Source: Candidatus Bathyarchaeota archaeon
GTDB taxonomy: Archaea > Thermoproteota > Bathyarchaeia > 40CM-2-53-6
NCBI GenBank assembly: GCA_963753065.1
Contig: CAVWAQ010000002.1
Span: 535 to 64,534 of the forward strand
Direction of reading: 5' to 3'
Length of the DNA stretch: 64,000 nt
Below the pieces are notes generated by a model that saw nothing but the letters and a program-made list of their open reading frames with translations, was not told the DNA's origin and did no database searches. Position 1 is the first letter of the stretch; every line of letters begins with the position of its first letter. Below are positions 7,837-15,740 of this stretch, piece after piece. The translations under genes and the position numbers were made by a program.

Positions 7837-8451
7837 TCAGGAGCCCATTGAAGTTGGCTGGGCGTTCTCGCGTAAGGTCCGCATTCTCCGCATATAGTCC
7901 ACGGAGAAGCATGCCATCGCAAAGATGAGCACAACCAGCTTCGCTGCGAACACTACGTTGATAGCGTACGGGTTGGCTGGCCACCAGTTCACGATAATGT
8001 CGGGATTCTGCAGTCCCTGAACCGCTAGCCCTGCGGACCATAGAACGATCTGATACAGGACCTCGAAGCCGCTCATCATCACAAAGAACCACGCCACGAC
8101 GTACAGGAGTTCGAAAAGGTTCTCCCCCATTCTGAGAAATCTTGTTTTAGAGATCGGTGAGCTCAGGCCGAGCGCGAAGGAGACGAAGAACAGGTAGGTG
8201 AACAAGGTGATGGGTTTGATGACGAACCCCGGAAGGTAGATCTCGGCAAGCACCAAGTTCTCACCTACTACATACGGAGCAGTCACCTTGACAGAGTAGC
8301 TCAGCAGTACCGCGAACGCAAGCAGTCCAAAGGCCATCGAAAGAATGTTGTTCAACTCTCTAGGTACAAGTGAGCCTGCAACTCGACCGTTCAGAGATCG
8401 AACCCCGGCTCCGGCGTTGCTTTCGATTCTCTTCGAGGTTCCCTGCTTCAT
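7837..8451 (-). CDS. Integral membrane protein (hypothetical)
   Basis: This is the ORF 7837-8514. The internal ATG at 8451 avoids overlap with the upstream gene. There are about 5 hydrophobic segments. Confidence 0.5.
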   Translation of the reverse strand: MKQGTSKRIESNAGAGVRSLNGRVAGSLVPRELNNILSMAFGLLAFAVLLSYSVKVTAPYVVGENLVLAEIYLPGFVIKPITLFTYLFFVSFALGLSSPISKTRFLRMGENLFELLYVVAWFFVMMSGFEVLYQIVLWSAGLAVQGLQNPDIIVNWWPANPYAINVVFAAKLVVLIFAMACFSVDYMRRMRTLRENAQPTSMGS

Positions 8452-8482
8452 CTTATAGGCGCTCCTCACCCACTCGGCACGG

Positions 8483-9400
8483 TCAGAGATTAAACCGTTG
8501 CGAGAGCCTCGCATTTGATGTGCAAGGTGACATAGTCACGGAGAGACATGCCTCTTGAGAAGGCGTGGCGCGTTGTTCGATGATACGTATTCTGGGAGAG
8601 GATGTCGTTGAAAGGAAGGGCAACGTTGAAGCACGATCTTGTGTCGAGGTGAGGGTCGTTTTCTTCGTCGCAGAGAATCCATGAACATATGCAGTGTGCC
8701 AGCCCGTCGCTGAGGCTGTTACACTGAAGATAATGCTCAGCCGGATTTGGTCTGGTGGATTCCATTGAGCATTCCTGTATTGTGCAACGAGATCAATCGA
8801 GTGATATCCCCATTCTCCCATTTGGGTTTGAAGGAAGATAGTGCGATGGGTCGGCGAGATGCTCGCCTCTGCTGCTGTCTCCACGAAGACAAAGTCGAGT
8901 GTGTGCGTTCCGTCGTTGGTCTCGATCTCAAGGATGCTGCCTTGCTCTGATATGGGTCCCTTGCATGCGCAAGAAGCTTGAAGGAGGACCCAAATGCCCA
9001 CATCTTCGTCGAACAGGGCCCGCGCTCTGATGCCATCAATTGTCTGTCCCAAGCGAACGTAGGTCAAATTGTTGTCCGAGCCATCTTGGAAGATTTGGAT
9101 CTCGAGAGCTTTCTTGTCATCGGCCACAGTCTGCTGTAGCAGGATTTGGTCTCCGACGCTTTTTTCGTATTCAAGTTCCCATATCATCGGTGTCTTGCTG
9201 CCAAGCGTGGGATTCGAACCCCAGAGGCTGAATTCAGGATCCAAGATTGGTGGCGGGTACTCTGTCTTGGCCTGTAGATTAGTGAAAGCGAATCCGGCTA
9301 CGAGTATTAGGATGACTGCTGATAGCGGGGCCGTTAGCTTCCTCACATGTTTCAAGTTGCTTGCACCGTTCTCGTCTTCGCCTGCTCGGATTTGTACCAT
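8483..9400 (-). CDS. N-terminally anchored extracellular protein (hypothetical)
   Basis: This is the ORF 8483-9496. The likely start is M33 (9400), followed by a TM (LTAPLSAVILILVAGFAFTNL). It is in the same operon orientation as the GT-C gene upstream. Confidence 0.5.
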   Translation of the reverse strand: MVQIRAGEDENGASNLKHVRKLTAPLSAVILILVAGFAFTNLQAKTEYPPPILDPEFSLWGSNPTLGSKTPMIWELEYEKSVGDQILLQQTVADDKKALEIQIFQDGSDNNLTYVRLGQTIDGIRARALFDEDVGIWVLLQASCACKGPISEQGSILEIETNDGTHTLDFVFVETAAEASISPTHRTIFLQTQMGEWGYHSIDLVAQYRNAQWNPPDQIRLSIIFSVTASATGWHTAYVHGFSATKKTTLTSTQDRASTLPFLSTTSSPRIRIIEQRATPSQEACLSVTMSPCTSNARLSQRFNL

Positions 9401-10608
9401 AGTATGATCGAGACGAGCATGAGCGGCGTCCAATAGATGATGTAATTTGTTAGCGCCCTGTATGAGAACCACAAGGCAATCCCTGGGAAGATCCAAAACG
9501 CAAACCGCAACTTGTCAAAGTACACATAGTAGTTCACAATCAGCACCAGAAAAACCGACGCGAAGACCACTGTGTAGAAGATCTTGCCCACCGGCAGTAG
9601 ACCGACTTCTGTGAGCGCCGAAAGGCCTTGGCTATGTATAACCAGATCCGCGGTCATTGGAGTCAACACATTCCCAAACCACGCGGTTGGACTCGGAAGC
9701 ATGAACGGGAGGTTGATTGCAAGAAACACAGCAACCGTCGTTGCTGCGAACTTCATGGCAGGCCAGAGTCTCTTGCGTAGACGCTTGCTCTCGTCGGTCT
9801 TGATGAGGTAAATCAGGAGAAAGGGTGCTATGAACCAGGGTGTCTGCTTCATCGCACATGCTAATCCATAGAAGAGCCCGAGGGCAAGGGGTCTCTCTAG
9901 GCAGAACGCTGCGAACAGTAGCGGCAAGACCCATAGCGCGTCCGATACGCTGGCGGCGGTGAAGTTTATCATGAGATCCGAACCCGCGAACAGAGGAAGC
10001 AACAGCATGGGCCTCAGCTTTCTCGGTCCTTTCAGGTAGAGTGTCAATACGACGCCGACTTCGAACAGGACGAGGACCCATCGCATGTCTCGCAGGCCCA
10101 GCAGCACGAATGGCACGAACACGAGGAAATGCAGTGCTGGGTACTGGAAAGTCATGAGATAAGTTCCGGAGGTCAGCGGGGTAAGGTCGGACGGTAGAAC
10201 CTTGAACAAGTCCAGTGCTTTCGTCATGTCTTGCGTGTACGGGTTCGCGCCTTGGTTCACGAACAGTATCGCCGCGTAGTGGCTGAATGCGAGAACGTCA
10301 GTCCTGTATGCGCCTGCGTAAGAGATCTCTGCCACAACATAGACGCTGGTGACCATTGCCAGTAGGAGTGGAAGCAGGGGAAGGTCCCGAAACCTGAGAA
10401 CCACGCTGCTAGGCAGCAATGACATTACAAAGACGAGCAGAGATACCGCGTAGATGACAAGGGTGAGAACGATGACTTCAGGGCGACCGTTGCCTCTGTT
10501 GTAGTCCTGGAAGCCTTCGTAGAGGGCGAACTGGGCTGAGAAGATGAATGCGAGCCTGAGTATGAATACCTCATCGATTGAAGCGAAAGGCGAGTCCGGT
10601 TTCGTCAC
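9352..10608 (-). CDS. Polytopic GT-C-type glycosyltransferase-like membrane protein (DUF2029-like)
   Basis: The 418-aa ORF has many TM segments. The motif QGANPYTQDM...FQYPALHFLVFVPF resembles the DUF2029/GT-C loop motif. Confidence 0.65.
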   Translation of the reverse strand: MTKPDSPFASIDEVFILRLAFIFSAQFALYEGFQDYNRGNGRPEVIVLTLVIYAVSLLVFVMSLLPSSVVLRFRDLPLLPLLLAMVTSVYVVAEISYAGAYRTDVLAFSHYAAILFVNQGANPYTQDMTKALDLFKVLPSDLTPLTSGTYLMTFQYPALHFLVFVPFVLLGLRDMRWVLVLFEVGVVLTLYLKGPRKLRPMLLLPLFAGSDLMINFTAASVSDALWVLPLLFAAFCLERPLALGLFYGLACAMKQTPWFIAPFLLIYLIKTDESKRLRKRLWPAMKFAATTVAVFLAINLPFMLPSPTAWFGNVLTPMTADLVIHSQGLSALTEVGLLPVGKIFYTVVFASVFLVLIVNYYVYFDKLRFAFWIFPGIALWFSYRALTNYIIYWTPLMLVSIILWYKSEQAKTRTVQAT

Positions 10609-10617
10609 TTCTGTTCC

Positions 10618-11367
10618 TTAGCCTCCTCTCTCTTCGTCTCCTTCGCCATTGTCGCCATCACTTGTCTTCATACGAGTTCTCGTCTTCCTTCGGGCAAGTG
10701 TCAGTATGGTTTCTAGGATCGGGAAGTTCAGCAGGACCATCACAAGTATGCCTAATGTGAGCCACGTGACCACGATGCTGCTTTCAGCTCTTCCGGGCTG
10801 GAAGAAGGGTTGAGGGGACATGACTCGTTTGACCTGCTGGGTCTCCCCGGTTGCGACAATGATGTCGCGCCATAATGTTCCGCCATTGTCCTGGTTCACT
10901 ATCTCGAAGCTCGTCGTGCCGTTTCCGCCTGTCATTAGCCATATGTAGACGCGAGGAAGATCGGTGTTGACCTCCAGTATCAGGTCGGCATAGATTTCGG
11001 TATAGTTGAAGTTATTGAGGCCTTTGAAGAAGGCCACCATGTCGCCTTTCCGTGCTACGGTTGAATTAAATTCTGTGTCTGGCCACGCGATCTTACGTCC
11101 GACGTAGAGTTGGTCATTCGAGTCCTTTCCTTCCAGCCATCCGCTGCTGACCACGGTCCTGATTCGGAGGCCGTTGGAATTGGTGCCGTTGAGATCGTCG
11201 AAGAGAAGCCGGCCCCAGTCCGCGGTAGAGCGGATAATGACTCTGGTAGGGGAAGCCTCTTGCCACTGATCCTCGATGATCTGCGCCGAACTCGCTGAAA
11301 AAGCCTGAGAGATGATGAGGACTGCAAATCCGAGGACGAGGCATCTTCGAATATTAGGAGATAACAT
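10618..11367 (-). CDS. Secreted, C-terminally anchored protein immediately downstream of the archaeosortase-like gene
   Basis: The 249-aa ORF has a signal peptide (LVLGFAVLIISQAFSASSAQ). Its C-terminus has a hydrophobic stretch followed by a basic/acidic tail (ARRKTRTRMKTSDGDNGEGDEERGG). Confidence 0.6.
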   Translation of the reverse strand: MLSPNIRRCLVLGFAVLIISQAFSASSAQIIEDQWQEASPTRVIIRSTADWGRLLFDDLNGTNSNGLRIRTVVSSGWLEGKDSNDQLYVGRKIAWPDTEFNSTVARKGDMVAFFKGLNNFNYTEIYADLILEVNTDLPRVYIWLMTGGNGTTSFEIVNQDNGGTLWRDIIVATGETQQVKRVMSPQPFFQPGRAESSIVVTWLTLGILVMVLLNFPILETILTLARRKTRTRMKTSDGDNGEGDEERGG

Positions 11368-11440
11368 GTCGGAGGATTACACTCCATCAAGTTCATTTTC
11401 ATCCATCTGAAACGGCAACTCTCCGAGGCCCAACATCGGT

Positions 11441-12457
11441 TCAGGTGCCTCCGGATTCTGGAACAGTGCATTTCGCTCGTGCTGTGAGCCTACTCTCAAT
11501 ATTGAGTACAATGATGATGAAAGCGAGAATCCACAGAGGGAAGAGGAACTCGCCGATTGAGTTGTGAAATGCATCCAAGTCCGCTCCCGACGTCGCATAT
11601 ACATACGCATAGTATGCGATGATAAATATCCTAGTAACGTTCAGGAATATTGTGCCTGCCACACCTGTGATCGCGTACACCAGTTTTCTCTTCGCTGGCG
11701 CGACCAGTCTAGCCGCAAGAAGGATCATCACTAGCGAGTAGATGAGCATGCTTTGAACTCCCACACTCGGCCAGAAGACGTACAACCGGTAGGTTCCATG
11801 CTTACCTAGTATGGTCAGCATGTTGCCGATTCCATAGATGGGCAACCCGAAAATCTTGGAGAGTAACGCGACGCCAGCAACCACGAAGTTCGCCCAGAAC
11901 TGTAGCGGGCCGAGTGAGCCATAGGGAAAGAATGCGTCGAGAAGGTACATTATCAGCATCCCTGCGGAGAAGACCACCGCAGCGAGGATGCTCAGAATTG
12001 ATCTTGCGCCGAAAAATGCTACTGCGAGCCCCATGACATACAGCGTCAATACCATGTAGTCGACAGCCATCAGCCAACTGTTGCTGACTTCTCCTGATGC
12101 GCCGAGGATTCGACCAGCCCAGTAGACAGAATCCGTGAACTGCCCAACAGCAGTAATCGCACCAAAGTAGAAGAGAGCAAGACCAACCAGGATCACTATT
12201 GCTATCTTTCGGGTCCTGTTCAAACGAGGTTTGGCGATCTTTCGGAAATCCATCAACTCGAATGCTAGGAAAAAGAGAACGAAGAAGAGGCCTCCTCTTC
12301 CAAGCTTTCCAAAGCCCGCCCAGCTCAACCCGAATGTGTCAGGTGCAAACGCGAAGGCGACCAGGATTGGAATGGCTGAGAGGACAAGGAAGAGGTCGGC
12401 CAGCTTGAGTTGGTGGGGCAGTCGTCGCCTAACGGATCCTATCAGAGCCCGCATCAT
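11441..12457 (-). CDS. Archaeosortase/exosortase-family protein, Ser variant at the canonical Cys position
   Basis: The 338-aa polytopic protein has exosortase-domain motifs with the expected spacing. These are WP-S231-VGVQSM (canonical C-[SA]-G-[IVL]-x-S-[LM]), N-V-T-R276-I, and F-H298-NSIG. The S231 codon is AGT (complement 11767-11765), one transversion from TGT. Confidence 0.7.
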   Translation of the reverse strand: MMRALIGSVRRRLPHQLKLADLFLVLSAIPILVAFAFAPDTFGLSWAGFGKLGRGGLFFVLFFLAFELMDFRKIAKPRLNRTRKIAIVILVGLALFYFGAITAVGQFTDSVYWAGRILGASGEVSNSWLMAVDYMVLTLYVMGLAVAFFGARSILSILAAVVFSAGMLIMYLLDAFFPYGSLGPLQFWANFVVAGVALLSKIFGLPIYGIGNMLTILGKHGTYRLYVFWPSVGVQSMLIYSLVMILLAARLVAPAKRKLVYAITGVAGTIFLNVTRIFIIAYYAYVYATSGADLDAFHNSIGEFLFPLWILAFIIIVLNIESRLTARAKCTVPESGGT

Positions 12458-12619
12458 GCCGCCACCGTTTCAACCATTCCGCAGTTATGTCGCAGATGAC
12501 GCATGGAAAAGTCAACCCTCATTTAAGGCTTGCAACTGAGATGGATTCGTATCCGACCATCGTAATTCGATATGGGCTGTCAACAGCAATGGACCAACGC
12601 TGGCTCCGCATGGGTGGTC

Positions 12620-14155
12620 TCAAGTTGAGAGCGAAGGCACACCGGTCAATGGAGAACTGCGTCTGCGACGTAATGAGATCACGACAAATACGACGCTTGC
12701 AAGCAAGATTGCCAGACTCGCGACGAAAAGCGCTTGAAGCCAAAGAATGTTCATGCCGTTTTCTGCAGGCTTGATATCTTCCCAGGACGCTTGGATGTTC
12801 TTCGAGCCATTGACGAGGACACTAGATGATGGTGAAGAGTCGTTCGAATCGCCTAGCCAGCCGACGAACACGTGCGTCACTTTGTCTGTCACTACTGGGG
12901 GCGTCACGCGGAAGGTTGCAGTCGAACTCTCATCATACCATCCTGCTCCTGATGCTTGGCCTATGGGTGATGTGACGTTCAAGTAGTATTGCTTGCGATA
13001 GATGGCAAGCAGACACACGTCACGCGATATGGACAGCTGCAGGATCGAGGAAGCAGATGAAACATTCCACTGTTCGAATACTGCCCGTGCCGTGTTTCCC
13101 ATCATTATGACAGGCGGCACCGAGATAGTGTGCTCGCCTCGGGTTGCATTCAGCGTTATCTCGCCACTTGATCCCGTGCGAAACGCTTGGCCATCGAATC
13201 CCACGATCGCATTCGGGTATCCGACGATTACGTGCGTCGAGAACGAGTCCGTCACATCGACAGAAACGTCTCTGAGGCCATCCGCGACAATGGTCCAGTT
13301 CCCGCCCACTTGGATCAATGGGATCAGGCTCAAGTGGGCTGTTCTCGGATTCTCGCCTGACGGGACAGTCGTGAGAAGATATGTCTCGCCTTGTCCACTG
13401 AGTTGTTTCTCGGCGACCGATACTACGGACATTGCGTCTGTATCAAAGGCGAGTACTGCGACAGTTGAGTTTGACGGTAGGTCGTAGCGTAGTTGTGCAG
13501 TGATCGCGAACGCTTCTCTTGTTCCCACCTTGCTCGGTGCACGTGCAGCTACTATAGTAGCATTCAGGGGCGAATGTATCTGCGTGCTAGCTGTGTGGTT
13601 GAGTGCAATTCTCGAAATTTGCTCTTTCTCTCGCTCAAATTGTAGGCTCTTGCACGTTTCGATGAACTTGATGGTAATCAGGGTGGCTCTGCTGTCGTAT
13701 TCTCCCGAATCCATTATTGTCCACACTTCGTGCTCGACGTCAGGAATCAGATGATACTCTCTGTGGTACCATGATCCGTCTCGCCATCCTTCTTCCGGTG
13801 CATTTGCAAAGAAAGCTTGACCCGACGCAGTGAACTCCGGTGCGATCCTATCGCCATATAGTAGGAGAAGGCTTGCGCGTAGCGATTTGGCTTGGGAAGA
13901 CACCCCTTCGTCGATCTTCGTCGTGATTATTATCAGGCCATTAGGGCTGGTCCAATCTTCGGGGCTGACGACGATGAGCTCTTTGGCGGCGACCATTGCT
14001 CCGACCGAGTAGCCGACAACGTACATGTACGTGTATCCTTGTTCGTGGGCCCACGATTGGATCTTCTTGATGAAGTCGTATGATCCAGGGTAAGGCTCGC
14101 AGAAGATAGTTCGATTCAACGTCGTGTCCACATTACGTATTGACTCCTCTCTCAA
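12620..14155 (-). CDS. Anchored surface protein: alpha/beta-hydrolase-like domain, beta-sandwich region, InlB-B-repeat-like domain and C-terminal TM
   Basis: There is a nucleophile elbow (VVGYSVGAMVAA). A B-repeat-like segment is YYLNVTSPIGQASGAGWYDESSTATFRVTPP...FVGWLGDS. The C-terminal TM plus basic tail is LFVASLAILLASVVFVVISLRRRRS. The N-terminus appears to continue in the 3' part of ORF 14133-15497, in another frame. Confidence 0.6.
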   Translation of the reverse strand: MREESIRNVDTTLNRTIFCEPYPGSYDFIKKIQSWAHEQGYTYMYVVGYSVGAMVAAKELIVVSPEDWTSPNGLIIITTKIDEGVSSQAKSLRASLLLLYGDRIAPEFTASGQAFFANAPEEGWRDGSWYHREYHLIPDVEHEVWTIMDSGEYDSRATLITIKFIETCKSLQFEREKEQISRIALNHTASTQIHSPLNATIVAARAPSKVGTREAFAITAQLRYDLPSNSTVAVLAFDTDAMSVVSVAEKQLSGQGETYLLTTVPSGENPRTAHLSLIPLIQVGGNWTIVADGLRDVSVDVTDSFSTHVIVGYPNAIVGFDGQAFRTGSSGEITLNATRGEHTISVPPVIMMGNTARAVFEQWNVSSASSILQLSISRDVCLLAIYRKQYYLNVTSPIGQASGAGWYDESSTATFRVTPPVVTDKVTHVFVGWLGDSNDSSPSSSVLVNGSKNIQASWEDIKPAENGMNILWLQALFVASLAILLASVVFVVISLRRRRSSPLTGVPSLST

Positions 14156-15497
14156 GCGCCAGAACGTCGTAGTGCTCTGCTAGATCTTGGATGAAACGGA
14201 TGGTGTTGTAGGACTCGAATTCGTAAGGGTTCACTAGGAAAGTCGTAGACTCGATGGTTCCGCCACCAAGCCATATCAGGAGAGTATCACTCGCTGTTTG
14301 CTTCCAGTGGTACCAGGTCGCGTCGCCGATGGTGACGCTCTCTGGTTGACTTGGGTTGGACGCTTGAGCCGGATGAATCGTTGACGAGTGTCCGGCCGCT
14401 ACGAGGAAGATCAGCATTACAAGGGTAGCCCTCGCATGAGCCTTTCCTCGGAGCAGGTTGCTTCGCCTGCCGGCGTGAGTTCTTCTCCAAATAGTGACCG
14501 CTATTGCCACAAGGATCGTTGAGCATGCAAGGCAGGTCATTGACGCAATTTCGAGTTCAGATGTCACCGTCACTGAATGGCTACCTTCCGACCAGTTCGC
14601 GACAACAGTCCTAGGCCCATCCATGAGGAGCCATCCAACAGGAGAGCTTGAATCTGAATCGCCTGACCAGTGAGTGAACTCGTGCGATCCTTGCGTGGTT
14701 GATGATTGTCCGACGAGGCCAGAGTCGATGACAGCGAAGGTCGCGTTCGCGCTTGCGGGATACCAGCCGGAACCAACAGTCCGGCCTACGGCGGATTCCA
14801 CGCTGAGAAAATACTCTGTCAAATAGATCGCAGAGAGGTCAAGGCTGTCGGTCAGGTAGATTCTCCTCGACGAAGCACGTATTCCGTCGCTCCAGTGGTC
14901 AAACACAGCTCGTGTTCCCATCCCTTGGGTGAGAGATGCCTCGATGTCGATCGTGTGGTAACCGCGTGTTGTCGTGATCTGAACACCCTCGAGGCTGAGT
15001 TGGTGCGAGACGCCGTCAATCGTTGCTGCAGATGGGATAACATTCGATGCGAGAACGAGAGTGATGCTGGTAGGATCTGAGACTGTGATCGCAAATGGGA
15101 ATGTTGCTCCTTTCTGATTCGCGTACCACCCCTCATGCCACCAGACTCTGACAGTTGCTACGAGCAGCCAAACGCCGGGTTGCTCTCGGCCGGTAAAGTG
15201 GAAAGTGAACACGTTTCGTCCAGATGGTATGATCAGTCCCTTTGACGCGAGCACGAAGTTCGTTGCTTTGTCCAGAATTGCGATGTCTGTCGAGTATCGT
15301 TCGGAGTAATCGACAGCAACTGTCACGACCAGGTCCTCGTTTGGCAAGATTCTGGAGGGTGCTTCTACACCCGTTATCTGAGCCACGGGGAGCTTCTCTA
15401 GAGCCCATGTTGCTGCGGTGTTCGACAGCGCTGCAAAGACGAGAATAACCGCGATCACGAGAACCTTCTTGTTTCTGGCTCGCGTCGTGGTTGGCAA
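14133..15497 (-). CDS. Anchored surface protein paralog (beta-sandwich + InlB-B-repeat-like + TM) reading through into the start of the next gene
   Basis: There is an N-terminal signal anchor and a B-repeat-like segment (YFLSVESAVGRTVGSGWYPASANATFAVI...FTHWSGDS). A TM with basic stop-transfer follows (CSTILVAIAVTIWRRTHAGRR). A second signal-like segment (LVMLIFLVAAGHSSTIHPAQA) and hydrolase-like sequence then follow with no intervening stop codon. Confidence 0.6.
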   Translation of the reverse strand: MPTTTRARNKKVLVIAVILVFAALSNTAATWALEKLPVAQITGVEAPSRILPNEDLVVTVAVDYSERYSTDIAILDKATNFVLASKGLIIPSGRNVFTFHFTGREQPGVWLLVATVRVWWHEGWYANQKGATFPFAITVSDPTSITLVLASNVIPSAATIDGVSHQLSLEGVQITTTRGYHTIDIEASLTQGMGTRAVFDHWSDGIRASSRRIYLTDSLDLSAIYLTEYFLSVESAVGRTVGSGWYPASANATFAVIDSGLVGQSSTTQGSHEFTHWSGDSDSSSPVGWLLMDGPRTVVANWSEGSHSVTVTSELEIASMTCLACSTILVAIAVTIWRRTHAGRRSNLLRGKAHARATLVMLIFLVAAGHSSTIHPAQASNPSQPESVTIGDATWYHWKQTASDTLLIWLGGGTIESTTFLVNPYEFESYNTIRFIQDLAEHYDVLALERGVNT

Positions 15498-15740
15498 TCG
15501 GACATTGTGAACCTTTTTCCCTTGCAGAATAATCTGCAGTAGCAGTAAATCAATGAATCCGACGAAGGTCTATCTATCCACGAGGGCTGGTAGCACCTCC
15601 GCTATCCATTAGTAGACGCAGCTTGTAGAACTCCATCCCGTCACAACCAGCTCCGCAATACAGCCGCAAAGAGAGAATATGATCATGTCTGACTGACGCC
15701 GATCAAACACAGGCCCGGTCGTTGCGGGAGCTCTGCTTGG

